A stretch of 64,000 nucleotides of DNA from assembly GCA_038087875.1 (NCBI GenBank), contig CM075987.1, forward strand, positions 23,066,001 to 23,130,000. Reading direction: 5' to 3'. This DNA is from Malacoraja senta. Lineage: Eukaryota. Numbering within the stretch: position 1 is the stretch's first letter; the number at the start of each line of letters is the position of its first letter. Below, piece after piece: positions 11,401 through 23,602 of this stretch. The notes under the pieces are model-generated. The model saw only the letters and a list, made by a program, of their open reading frames with translations, was not told where the DNA came from and did not search any database. Both the position numbers and the translations under genes were made by a program.

Positions 11401-12453
11401 TCTGCACGGGAATGTGAATGCGGGTGAGGCAGCATCTATAGAGCGGTGGACAAAAATGCTGGAGAAATGCTTGAGTTTGAAGAAGGGTCAAACTCAGACA
11501 CAGATGCTGCCTCACCCGCTGAGATTCTCCAGCATCTTTGTCTACATTGCCATTTTAAATAGTGTGCGATGGGCTTAAGCCAATTAAATTGCTCCTTCTT
11601 TACGGGGAACCCGCCGACAGAAAACTATTCTCATTGGTGAGTGTGGAGGAGTGTGACTTTATTTATTTATTCATATATTTTTTAAAATATTTTTTTGAGC
11701 GTGACAACTTCTGTCATCAGCGTGAGAGCGTGAGAATTTCCTCAAATGCGTTAGTCTCACGCTCAATGTGTGAGAGTTGGCAGCCCTGCAGTGGAAAGCT
11801 TTTTGTTGCCTGCTGTCCAGTCAGCGAAAAGAGTATACATGATTACAATTGAGCCGACCATAGTGTACAGAAACGGGTTGAAGGGAGTAACGTTTGGTGC
11901 AAGGTAAAGTCCATTAAAGTGTGATTGAAGATAGCCCGACTGTCTCCAATGAGGTAGATGGTAGCTCAGCACTGTTCTCTAGTTGGTGGTAGAATGGTTC
12001 AGTTGCTTGCTAACAGCTGGGAAGACACTGTCTCTGAATCTGGAGGTGCGTGTTTCCACACAGACCTCTTGCCTGATGGGAGTGGGAAGAAACAGATAAA
12101 TAGGTGCAGGAGTAGGCCATTCGGCCTTTCGAGCCAGCACTGCCATTCAATATGATCATGGCTGATCATCTACAATCAGTACCCTGTTCCTGCTTTTTCC
12201 CCATATCCCTTGATTCCTGTAGCCCTAAGAGCCAAATCTAACTCTCCCTTGAGGAGGGAGTTACCGGGGTGAGCCTTGTCCTTGATAACGCTGGAGGCCT
12301 TGCCGTCTTGGATGGAGCTGTTCCCAAACCATGTGATGTTTGGGAACGTCACCCATTCCTTCTCTACAGGGATGCTGCCTGTCCCGCTGAGTTATTTCAG
12401 CATTTTGTGTCTATCTTCGATTTAAACCAGCATCTGCAGTTCCTTCCTACACA

Positions 12454-12930
12454 TAGAATAGAATAGAATGCCTTTTATTGTCATTCAAACAGCTTGGTTT
12501 GAACGAAATTGCATTTTCTACAGTCTTAACAATTACACAAAAAAAACAAGACACACACTTAACACAATTTACACAAACATCCATCACAGTGAATCTCCAA
12601 CACCTCTTCACTGTGATGGAAGGCAAAAGTCTTATCTCTTCCCTTTGTTCTTCTCCCGCGGTCCAGCAGTCCAACTGCAACGTTGAGGCGAACTGGGGCT
12701 CCCGATGTTAAAAGCCCCCGGCGAGCGATGGTAAGTCCCGTGGCCGTTAAGCCGCGCCGGGCGACGTTAGGCCCCGCTCCGAGTCATTTCACCCTGCAAT
12801 TCCGGCGGGAGAAGCTGCCGTTGCGGGAGCTCCAAAAAGCGGGTCTCCCACCAGGGACCCGCGAGCTCCCGATGTTACCGTCCACATGGCCTGTGGCCGG
12901 AGCCTCCGAAGCTACCAAGTCGGGTCACAT
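12454..12930 (-). mobile_element. Non-coding retroposon fragment with microsatellite tail
   Basis: 3' end ...GACAATAAAA followed by (TTCTA)n on the minus strand. Shares sequence blocks with 40150-40505 and 48465-49366. Confidence 0.55.
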
Positions 12931-12982
12931 CAATGAACAACAGCCTAATGTACGTGATCTTATTTTCCTAGTCCTGTCGTAG

Positions 12983-13823
12983 GGGGCGCCATCGAGTATA
13001 GCTGCCCCGCCAGCAGCTGTTAGTCCTTTCACCCTTTTAAAAAACATTTAGTGAGTTAAAAGTGTTTGTTTTGGAGGTCTTGTAGTCTTTTTATGTGGGG
13101 GGTGGAAAGGGGAAAACTATTTTTCTCAGTCCCTACCTGGTCGGAGATGCGGCTTTTCTCCGAGCCGTGTTCTCGCCCCTTCCTCGCGGCCTACCAACAG
13201 TCTGGAGCGGCGTCTCCTGCCGGGACCGGCTAGGACTTCAGCTTCGGCGGCGGCACAGCGCTGAGGCACCATCGTGGAGCGGGCGATGCCTTACCCTGGT
13301 CGCCGTGCGGTAAGCTCCGGAGTGCTGAGACCGCCGACACCAACATCGCGGAGCTGCGGTCTGTGAAGCTTCCAGCTGCGGGCGGCGCTGAGCTTTAAAC
13401 ACCGCGGAGCCTGGGATCTCTCGCCGAGATCGCCAGTGTCGGAGCTCCGACCAGCGCGGCTCGTGGACTTCGGGAGCCGCGGTCTCCGGGGAGGAGGCGG
13501 CCGCTCCAGACACTCCGAGCCGCTGAGAGTGTTCACCCGACGCCAGAGCTTCATCATCCGGTGAGAGGGCCTGAAGCATCGGGCTGCCGTAGCGGCGACT
13601 GCGGAGGCCTCAATAGGCCCCGACTATGGGTGAACAGGGGACAGGACTGGACTTTTGATGCCTTCCCCCACAGTGGGAACCATTGTGGGGGGATGTTTTT
13701 ATGTTTACTGTTAAATTCTTTAATGTTGTGTCTTATCTTTATTAGTGTGCTGCATTGGCAAGTCAAATTTCACAACACCAATTGGTGTATGTGACAATAA
13801 ATGTCCTTTGTCCTTTGTCCTTT
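12983..13823 (+). mobile_element. GC-rich non-coding retroposon with (TGTCCTT)n tail
   Basis: Ends in GTGACAATAAA(TGTCCTT)3. The 3' region resembles the reverse complement of the elements at 12454 and 48465. Confidence 0.5.
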
Positions 13824-14404
13824 GTAGAGGCCCAGTTTGGGAGTGGCGAGCCAGCGAGATCGCATCCCCATTGATCGGTAGTGTCTTAGATACTCTGGTG
13901 ATTTTGTACTATGGTGGTGGGTGTGTGACCACTGTTTGGTTTACTAAGTATTATTTTGTATCGTAATTGAATAATTTATTTTTGATTTAAATATAATACA
14001 AAAAAAACTGGGGCTGTGTTTTCCAGGAGCGCTGGGCACCGCTGGGGATGGAATGTATCCTTAACAAGGAGTGTGAAATACTTATTTAATATTCAGAAAG
14101 TAAGAATATTTGTTTTCCTTTGTATTATGGTGGCGGGTTTGTTCGCATTGTTTTACATTGCACATATCATTTTTGTAAATAATCGATTATAATTATTTTT
14201 GGTAAATAACAAAAAAACTGGTGCTGCGTTCTTCTGTCGATGTGCGGGAAGAAGGAACAGAGCCAGATTTGTCTGATATCACCAAAGTGAGATTGAGACG
14301 ATGACCCCCCCCCCCCAGTCCTTGACACTCCCACGAGTGGAAACATCCTCTCCACATCCACTCCATCCAAGCCTTTCACTATTCTGTATGTTTCATCACT
14401 TCCT

Positions 14405-15480
14405 GGGCATCTCTCAAGGTGTTTGATCCACTGGTGCTGCAGAACACATGCTGGTGGTAGTTTGGAAGTGACTTCACCAAACTGGCCTCGCTGAAGTCCG
14501 CGGCTACGATGGTGAAGGCGTCGTGGTGTGTTTACCGTTTGTTGACCAGGGCATGCAGCTCCCCCAGTTCCAGCCGAACGTCTGCCTGGGGTGGCAAGTA
14601 GACCGTGGTCAGGATGATGGAGGTGAATTATCTCAGCAGGTTGATGGGGAGGCACTCCAGCGCCAGGTGTTGCGGGGGGGGGGGGGGGGGGGGGGGAGCA
14701 GGATTTGGAGACAACTGCTGCTTTTAAAAAAACATTATTTATTTTTTAACCAAAAACAATTGATTCAATTATTTACAATATGTACAATACGAAATAATTC
14801 AAAACAAAACCCACCACCATCATACAAGTCAAACAAATATTCTTCAATATCAAATATACTATTAAACAACTATTTCCCCATCCTTATTAAGGATGAATTC
14901 CACCAACCCCCCCCCCCGGTGCCCAGTGGTCCCGGAAATCCCCCAGGGTGCCCATGGACAGCGTGCAGTCCCTTTCTAAAACCACACGGGCGCGGACTTA
15001 AACCCCGGAAAAGGGGCACGCAGCCGGCTCGGGCAGAGCCCTCCACCGCCTGGCGTCGTGACTCGGGGATGGCCAGCTTGGCCAGGCCCAGGAGCAACCC
15101 AAACAGGACATCTTCAGCCCTGCCCTATCCCCAACGCACAGGGTGTCCAAAGATGAGGACGGTGGGTGTGAAATATAGCCAGAAGGAGCAGCCCCTTTAG
15201 GACACCACTGCTACTTGTGAGCACCATGAAGAGTTTACCATGAGGCAGACAGACGGCTCTGCAACATCCTTTCCCCGATGCCAGCATCTGCTCCATGAGA
15301 TGGACGGAGAAACCTTTGGGCTGGAGAGCTGAGTCTGGGGAGCCTGGGTTGAGCCATGTCTTTGTGAAACAGGGCACACAGCATTCCCTCATCTCCCTTT
15401 ACCCTTAAATCCTCAATCTTATTTCCCAGGGACTGCGCCGTGGTCAAGAGAATGGCCAGGAGTGGCGGGGGTCGTAGTCT
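14405..15480 (-). mobile_element. Nested degenerate LINE fragments (Rex1-like endonuclease interrupted by a Tx1-like 3' end)
   Basis: Peptides LLTTAQSLGNKIEDLR and CCVPCFTKTWL (APE domain start) at about 15200-15480, and LLLGLAKLAI...SRRQAVEG with a T-rich tail at about 14720-15195. Confidence 0.55.
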
Positions 15481-15699
15481 GGAGAACTTTGTTCTCATTT
15501 GCAGGCTGCCCCAGTGAGCACGTTTCTGGACAGAGAAGAGGGTTCCCTGGTCTTCCAGGCACAGTCCTCACTGTTTGCTGCTGGAACTCCACTGCTGCAG
15601 GGTGCTAGTACATTCAAGGGCATTGGAGGGCGGTGGTAGTTTGCAGGGACAGTTGAGAGGCCAACGGGAAGACCCAGAGCCACTCGCGGTGCCCCTGTC

Positions 15700-16748
15700 C
15701 CTGTCCCTATTGCAGAGAATCGTGGACGCAGCCCAGACCATCACACAAACCAACCTCCCTTCCATTGACTCCATTTATACCTCAGGCTGCCTCCTGCCTC
15801 GGCAAGGCCAGCAGCATAATCAAGGAGGGGTCGCATCCCGGCCACTCCCTCTTCTCCCCTCTCCCATCAGACAAAAGGTATAGAAGTGTGAAAACGCACA
15901 CCTTCAGATTCAGGGACGGTTTCTTCCCAGTTGTTATCAGGCAACTGAATAATTCTACCACAACCGTGTCGGTATGTCAAGGAGGACTCTCTCGAACTTC
16001 TACAGGTGCACAGTAGAGAGCATGCTGACCGGTTGCATCGTGGCTTGGTTCGGCAACTTGAGCGCCCAGGAGCGGAAAAGACTGCAAAAAGTTGTAAGCA
16101 CTGCCCAGTCCATCATCGGCTCTGACCTCCCTTCCATCGGGGGGATCTATCTCAGCCGCTGCCTCAAAAAGGCTGGCAGCATCATCAAGGACCCACACCA
16201 TCCTGGCCACACACTCATCTCCATGCTGCCTTCAGGTAGAAGGTACAGGAGCCTGAAATCTGCAACATCCAGGTTCAGGAATAGCTGCTCCCCCACAGCC
16301 ATCAGGCTATTAAACTCAACTCAAACAAAACTCTGATCATTAATAGCCCATTGCACTTTATCTGTTTATTTATGTGTGTATATATATATTCATTGGTATA
16401 TGGTCACACTGATCAGTTCAGTTCTGTATTTATTTATGCCTACTATATTCTGTTGTGCTGAAGCAAAGCAAGAATTTCATTGTCCTATCTGGGACGCATA
16501 ACAAGAAACTCTCTTGAATCTTGAACCAGAGAGCAGTGCTGAACTACTATCTACCTCTTTGATGACCCTCAGGCTACCCTTGCTCGGACTTTACTGGCTT
16601 TACCTTGCACTAAACGTTATTCCCTCATCATGTATCTACACACTGTAAATGGCTCGATTATAATCATGTATTGACTTTCCGCTGACTGGTTAGCACGCAA
16701 CAAAAGCTTTTCACTGTACTTCAGTACACGTGACAATAAACTAAACTG
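15700..16748 (+). mobile_element. Two nested Rex1/Babar-type LINE 3' ends
   Basis: ORF 15974-16336 reads FYRCTVESMLTGCIVAWFGN...IIKDPHHPGHTL...LPSGRRYRS...RFRNS, typical of the Rex1 C-terminus. A second copy at 15700-15965 resumes after 16525 and ends in GTGACAATAAACTAAACT. Confidence 0.85.
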
Positions 16749-16816
16749 ATGCAGTGACTGCGGGAGAGGTGTGGACTGGGCTCGTGCATCGCTCAGTACC
16801 GCAGGTCCACTCTGGC

Positions 16817-17370
16817 TAGGGTTGCCAACTGTCCCGTATTAGCCGGGACATCCCGTATATTGGGCTAAATGCACAGTGGCCAAGAGAATGCCCAGTGTTG
16901 TAATCCGTAGGCTTGCGGGCTCCAGCCCTTGTCCTGTATTTGACTGCTACTACTCGGATCGAGGGGACTGTCAGGTCAGAGTGCCGCGTCCGGCCCCGCT
17001 TCACCCGTCCCGACGTAGTGCAGTCCATGGAGTGCAGCTGCAGCACCTCGCCCGTGGCCCCGTCGGTCGGCAGCCCGGCCAGCTGTCCGACCTTCGGACC
17101 TTGGCTTACCGCCGACACCACCACCTCTCCTTCTCATGGCCGATCATCGATTCATGAGTTGGATGGGGTGCCGGACCTTGCATGCGATGTCACGTGGGCC
17201 AAACCTCTTCAGCTGGCCCGCCGGCTGGGCTTTGTGTGCAGTCCAGCACCCGGGCCAACTCATCATTCACCCAGCCACGACCGAGTTGGTCATCGAATTG
17301 CCGTGGGGAATTTGTCCCCTATTTTGACCTTTTGTCCCTTATTTGGGGAGTGAGATAGTTGGCAACCCTA
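16817..17370. mobile_element. Non-autonomous hAT-type DNA transposon
   Basis: 14-bp TIR TAGGGTTGCCAACT...AGTTGGCAACCCTA and 8-bp TSD ACTCTGGC/ACTTTGGC (one mismatch). Confidence 0.88.
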
Positions 17371-17735
17371 ACTTTGGCCGACCTACCCCATCCTGACCCA
17401 CGTCATCCCAAACCACCCCACCCCACCCACCCAGCCCCGCCCTTCGGTGTAAAGCAGCATCTGCATACACATGTGTATAGGCACACTCACACATGCGTGT
17501 AGTCTGTGCAACCGATCCTGGTTTCCAGTGGATTTGATGTCCTTGCTGTTGCATCAGGACCTTGTTCTGTCAATTTCAAGTGACAGCTGATGTGTAACGG
17601 CCCCCCCTCACATCAGGCAGCCGCCCCTCCTCTGTACCAGGGTCGGGGGTCTCCATTGTCAACTCATTCATGGTCCGTGCCAGCAGTGGTGCTTGGCTCT
17701 CAGAGCTCAGCAAACTCAGATGCCTTGACCCTGAT

Positions 17736-17956
17736 TAGTTTAGTTCAGAGATACAACGTGGAAACAGGCCCTTCGGCCCACTGAGTCTGTGCCGACCAAC
17801 GATCACTCGTACACTAGTTCTATCCCACACACTAGGGACAATTTTACAGAAGCCAATGAGCCTACGAACCTACAAGTCTTTGGAATGTGGGAGAAAACCG
17901 GAGCACCCGGAGAAAACCCACGCGGTCACAGGGAAAAGGTACGGTCAGCACCCTAG
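17736..17956 (-). mobile_element. HE1/V-SINE-like SINE, 3' part, split by the provirus (5' part at 27848-27919)
   Basis: Joining ...CAGCACCCTAG to TCAGGATCAAACCCGGGTC... restores the SINE sequence seen intact at 52531-52825. Confidence 0.9.
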
Positions 17957-18903
17957 TGTAGGGGTTTTGGTTCCCTTTACTCCACTTCGGGCCCAACTGC
18001 CCGAAAAAGGGGTTCCCCTAGGTTCTAGACCTCGGAATTATGGTGGGATATGATAAAAGGTTGACTTGACCAGAGCGTGCTGATGAGAGAAAACAGAAAC
18101 CAAGACGGACTCAAAGCAAGTCTAAAATTTACAGGCTTTATTAAACAATGAGAAATCGAATCTCACCAACACTACATAATACGTGACTAAACTTATGCTT
18201 TAAACTAAGACTATGGAAAGAAAATTATCGGGCAAGTCGTAAAACTTACTTTACACAATTTTACAAATACACCCCCTTTCCCCTTCTTCTCTCAACCTCT
18301 ATCCTATTTTCGGGAACTTCACCAGGTCGTCTGGGGTACTTACAGCTAGATCGATGCAGGGTCAGGAGTCGTCCAACAGAGCAGGAAAGAGAGCGAGTTC
18401 TGGCTTGACTCCTGCTTTTTATACCTGAGTTTCTCCCTTGAAACCCCCCAGGTGGTCCTCTGGACAAAAGGGTCTTTCGATGATTCCCAGTTTCGATCTG
18501 GCATGAACAATAGGCTTCCGATGATAAGGGGTTTGCTGATGTCATGATGCCTCAGCCTGATCGTTATCCCATCACCTAGATGGGCTCCCATTGTCCCAAT
18601 GGATGGGTCATCCACGATGGTGATTGTGCTTGCTGCTGGCCTGTATACCACCGTCTGCTGAGGCTCGGTACCTTCCTTTGTGTTTCCAAGATAATCTCGT
18701 TATCTCCGTCTCAGCCTTTCCTGCTCACACCATTCGCATAGTGGTGTAATGCCCAGGCCCACAGACAGGTTCGAAACTGGTTCTTCCTTTGTGGATTGTT
18801 TTTTTTTTCCTTTTGCAGCCAGCATGTCTTTTTAAAATGTCCAGGTCCTTATCCCCGAGTTTCTTCCATAATCTTGGGGAGGATTTGCCCCCAATAACTT
18901 ACA
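17957..18903 (-). repeat. 3' LTR
   Basis: TGTA...TACA termini. Minus-strand TATAAAAA at 18416-18423 and AATAAA at 18137-18142. Short purine run TAGGGG just upstream. Confidence 0.95.
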
Positions 18904-19282
18904 TGCCCCTACGATACGTCCAGGCTTGCACGGACCGTATCGATTGACAAAGTTAGTGGGCAACTCCTCCAGTCTCCAGAGTTGTAAACACCCCTGTCGA
19001 GATTGTGAAATTATGTACCCCGAAAGACCCCTTAATTGCTAAACTAGACCCTCGAGGCACATTAACTTACACTATACATCTTTTACTTTAAATCAATCCC
19101 ACAAACCATACAGTACCATCACGACCATTCCCTGAAAATGCAGGGAACACAACATATGTACGAAAACCATTGCAAGAGTACAGACATTTTACAGTGACGA
19201 GGTGTCGTTACAGCTGCGTCGGGCGGCTCGATTTACCAGCTGTTGTAATTTGGCCATCCTCCTCCGCCTATTAAATTTGCAA

Positions 19283-20451
19283 TTAATAACATAGCAAATA
19301 CACCACAATTATCATCTGGCAGATGATCAGAATATGGGACACGATGCGGACACATGCTGGAACTACGATCCAGGACTCCAGGTCCCACAAACTTGGAGAC
19401 TTGATTTCTTCGATCTCCCTGGCGATATCCAGTGTCTTTTGTTCCAGGGAGAAGAAGTGTTTGTGCGACAACTCGACCGCCGCCAGCAACTCTTTTAATT
19501 TTTCCTTCACTGGGGGAATATCATACCTGAAATGGGCCACATAGTTAGATAAGTCAGTTACATTTTCTCGTACCGAGAGGTGAACCGAAGAAGGTTCCAG
19601 GATGGGTAATATTCGCTGCTGTGCCACATGGACTTCTGCCCTGGGTTTAAAACAGAAGCTGCTGTGTGGTATCAGGCACCACAGCTGTGATCCGTGCTGA
19701 TACCGCTGGGCACTTGTGGTGACACAGTACGTCCCACTGCCTATATACGCCACCTGTGGAGGGACATGGTCTGCCGCCATCGCCTCCATGGTACAGTTTA
19801 TAGGCTGTGCCCCAACAGTCCTGAACCCACAGTGAGGCCTAGCCTTGGCGCCCATGTGCTCCCCGGCTCCGACAACCCAAAAGGTCAATGCCTGTCACAG
19901 CTTGCTCCCTCACTATGACATAAGGCGGGACCTTCCCGTAGCGAATATGCACCCCCCCACGAACAATCCCACGTTCTCCACTCGGTACAGAGGAGCTGGT
20001 CGTGCCAAGGTTCCCATCACCGGGATTCTTATGACCACTCCCATTATGGTGTGATTGGACTTTCCGCAATCCACCGGAACCGGGTAGGCCTCGGAGGCCA
20101 CACGAAGCTGACAAGGACTCAAAGTGCTGTTATAAGGGTGTAGCGCTGCTAGGTGCTGGTTGCTTATCCAGGAGGGGACCCGACCTTGCCTCGGGTCTTC
20201 CAGGTTGCTCCTCCCCTCCCCCAACAACCACGCACCATACAGCCCACACACCTCATTCTGTGCAGCCTGATCGGACGCATTCCGGTCCCCTTTAATCAAA
20301 GCGTTTATCGTTTTTGCATGTGTCTCCAATTGTGCTAAGATTTCTTTTAGATGTAGAGTCATTGCCACCTCTTCGTGCAGCCCCGAACCTACCACCACAT
20401 TTTCCTCCCCTAGAACCTCATTGCCATCATCAATACGGCGGGGCTACCCAT
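19283..20451 (-). pseudogene. env: env, F-like class I fusion glycoprotein, frameshifted and apparently missing its N-terminal part
   Basis: Heptad-like segment (LHLKEILAQLETHAKTINALIK), GVVIRIP...LYRVENVG, PYVIVREQAVTGIDLLGC, a Cys-rich block, a second heptad (VKEKLKELLAAVELS...LDIAREIEEI) and a TM segment (IVSHILIICQMIIVVYLLC), spread across three frames. Confidence 0.75.
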
Positions 20452-21092
20452 CTGGAAAACAAAGCAAAACACCTCCTTGCCTCCACATCGCCGTCCCCCT
20501 CCCTGCACTCCATCACACCCATGGAAGAGTGGCCATCCGGCCGACGGTAGCGGCTACCGTACTAATAATGGCATTCGGGGTTTTGTCTTTGTCTGTTGTG
20601 GTCTACTTTTCCACAGCCCATCCCTTTGATGCAGCCGACGTTCCCGTACTGTCCGTCCCTGTACTCCCCTGTATCTATACAAAACCCTATATCTTATTAC
20701 CAAACGCTAACTACATCTACTCACACACAAACCAATGCTATATACAACGCCACCCATCTCCGGGTGGCCAACTCATAACTGGTCCCCGTCACGCTGGGGC
20801 CACCCCTCTGGTGGGCCCACCCGTGCAGGACAGTACTCCTCCTGTCGAGAGGCCTGACTGCCCCTCACCTCCCTTTGCACTACGGGGTTTCGAGATACCC
20901 CCATGTTCCCTGCGGAGACTGGGCTCCCTCCAGCCGCACTCCGTAGTGCCCCGTTTCGGCCACTCTCCTTCCCGGCCCTCCTGTGGCCGGCCCTAGCCCT
21001 AGGTTTAATTAGGGATGGGGACCACCTTACTGGGGGTTTAGTGACCCTGTTACTCCTACATCTGACCGGGGGTTCCCACACCAGAGGTGATA

Positions 21093-21292
21093 NNNNNNNN
21101 NNNNNNNNNNNNNNNNNNNNNNNNNNNNNNNNNNNNNNNNNNNNNNNNNNNNNNNNNNNNNNNNNNNNNNNNNNNNNNNNNNNNNNNNNNNNNNNNNNNN
21201 NNNNNNNNNNNNNNNNNNNNNNNNNNNNNNNNNNNNNNNNNNNNNNNNNNNNNNNNNNNNNNNNNNNNNNNNNNNNNNNNNNNNNNNNNNNN
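21093..21292. other. Assembly gap (200 N)
   Basis: Run of N. Confidence 1.
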
Positions 21293-21384
21293 TGTATTTT
21301 TGTTATTCTATGCCTTGTAAGGTGTCCTTGGGTTTTAGAAAGGCGCCAGTAAATAAAATGATTATTATTATTATTATTATTATT
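21293..21384 (+). mobile_element. LINE 3' end (L2-like) with (ATT)n tail inserted in the integrase C-terminus
   Basis: GTAAGGTGTCCTTGGGTTTTAGAAAGGCGCC...AATAAAATG(ATT)n directly abuts the IN codons QLPRRVK. Confidence 0.7.
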
Positions 21385-22398
21385 TGACTCTACGGGGAAG
21401 CTGAATGGCATACACCATGGGACTGGCCTTGTCCACTATGTTGTATGGGCCAGCATACAAGGGTTCGAACACCCCTACCCTAGCATATCTCCTGACCATT
21501 ACCTGGTCCCCCACTGCCCACTCGCAATGCCTGCGAGGCTCCAGCAGTAGCTTGTTTCTTTGGTGCTGGGCCCCCATGTTTCTGGCTGCCTGCCAGTGAA
21601 CCTGCCTAACTTGTTCAAATAGCTTCTTGGCAAACTTGTCCCGGTTCACTTCCCTGAGCTGTCCCTCCGTTAAGGCTGGGACCATAACGTGCATGGGCGT
21701 TCTCATGACCCGGCCCGTCATAAACTCATGGGGAGAGTACCCCGTACTCCTGGACTGGCTGGCCCGAATCCCCATTAGGACCAAGGGGTAAAACCTCCAC
21801 CCACCGGTTGGGTGAGTCCCCTGTTTCCTTCCTTAATCCTTTCCTTTATTGTCCGGTTCAACCGCTCCACCGGACCTGAGGACTGGGGGTTGTAGGCCAC
21901 ATGCCACTTGGCCTTGATGCCCAGTATTCTAAGGGTGGACTGCATGACCTGTCCCGTGAAATGGCTCCCCTGATCTGATTCTACGAACTGTGGGAGTCCC
22001 CACCTGGTGAACACCTCCCTAACCAGGATTTTTGCCGTACCCATAGCTGCTCTGCAAGGGACGGCCTCTACCCATTTTGAGAACACATCCACAAGGACTA
22101 AGCAGTACTTGTAACCCCCTTGAGCGGTTGGAAGGGGTCCGATGTAGTCGATTTGAATCGACTGCCATGGCCCCTCCACCCTCCTGATGTGTCCCATAGA
22201 AACCTTCCTTTTCTGGGGGTCTGGGTTGTTTGCTGCGCAAACCAGACAGCTTGCACAAAAGTCGTGAACGTCTTCCCTGAGCTCTGGCCACCATCCTGCC
22301 ATCTCTACTCGCTGCCATGTGGTCTCTGGCCCGGGGTGACCTGCCCCTGGACCCTCATGGGCTAGTTTTAAAAATTCCCTTCTGTACAGGGAAGGCAC
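21380..22398 (-). pseudogene. pol: pol: integrase
   Basis: HHCC (HEGPGAGH...CLVC), D-D-E (IQIDYIGP, ESDQGSHF, VERLNRTIK) and GPY motif (YAGPYNIV), with one frameshift. An RSNRVTKPPVR tail continues beyond the gap at about 20950-21090. Confidence 0.92.
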
Positions 22399-22644
22399 TA
22401 CCTACTTATCTCCCTTGAATAACATGCCTTCCTTTACTGACATGTCTTTACCCCCATACGGTCCCTCTATTTTCTCCTGCCTGCAAATGGCTGCTGAGGC
22501 AGCCTTTAAAATGGGGTCTTGTGCCTGGACCGTGGTCAGGTCCGGGGCCAAAACCACTCCCGCACGCCCCTTTTCTCGAGGCTGCTCCCTGGCTGCAGCT
22601 ACCTGTCCTTCCTCATAGGGGTCCCATGCTTTCCCACTCCTGGC

Positions 22645-23577
22645 TCATTCCCTGGCCAAGCGATCCGCCCTCTGATTTCCCTCGCCTCGTGGCTCCGTTT
22701 TGGAATGGGCCTTCACCTTATGGATATATCTATCCCCGCCCTTCCCTACGGCTGCTACAATCCTCTCTAATAGGGGTTTAGTGGTCAGGGGCTTCCCGTC
22801 CGATGAGGTGTACCCTCGGCGGGACCAGATGGCCAGATATTCCGTGCAGGAATTGCATGTGAACATGCTGTCCGAACATATGGTGTATGGAGGGGGGAAA
22901 CGCTCGGGATGGGTCACCACGTACATTACCGCCGCCAGCTCGGCCTGCTGGGCGCTTAACGTATGTGGGAGTTTAAGGGCTAGGGCTATCTCCGCCTCAG
23001 GGTCCCAGATCCCACAGCCCGTGAGCCGTATGCCCTCGGACACGATACTGGACCCGTCCACGTATATTTCCCTACCCGTGGGATGTAACCCTGCTCTAAG
23101 CCCAAAGTCCACCTCCCATACCCCTTCCACCGAGCAATGGTGTGGCTCCCCTGGGTACACCAAATTGGCTGCGAGCTTGGGCTCACATATCCTCTCAACC
23201 CGTAAGGCCGTTTGGGAAAGGAGAAGGGTCCAGCGAGTGATCCTCGCACTGCTAACGGTCCCATCCTTAATCCGACCGTCCAGCAGCATCTGGGTCGGGG
23301 TATGGTGGGTCAGGAGGGTTATGGGGGACATTCCTATGAAGACCTGTACCCTCTTCATTGCCCAGTATGTGGCTAGCATGTGCCGCTCACAGTTTGAATA
23401 GGACCTTTCTACCTCTGTGAGGACTCTGGAGGAATACACCACTGGCCTTAACTTGCCGTGCCGTTCCTGGAGGAGCACTGCGCTCAGGCCATCGCTGCCT
23501 GCGGCTACCTCCAGGAAAAATTCCTCCCTGTAGTCAATGGCTCCCAGAGCTGGGGCCTTTTGCAGGTCCCGCTTCAA
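22645..23577 (-). pseudogene. pol: pol: tether (degenerate RNase H) plus retroviral-type RNase H
   Basis: FFLEVAAGSDGLSAVLLQ...PVVYSSRVL...YSNCER lacks the catalytic D. It is followed by IYVDGSS...SAQQAEL...ICSDS...HKVKAH...GNQRADRLA. Confidence 0.9.
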
Positions 23578-23602
23578 ATGGACGAATGCCGACTCGCACT
23601 GC

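Noticed and set aside
18261..18651. ORFs inside the LTRs as accessory genes
   Set aside because: They are short, carry no motifs and differ in extent between the two LTR copies, so they cannot be supported.
20421..20996. 191-aa plus-strand ORF as an antisense viral gene
   Set aside because: Non-ATG start, Pro-rich composition expected from the G-rich opposite strand, and no domain. It would need conservation across copies.
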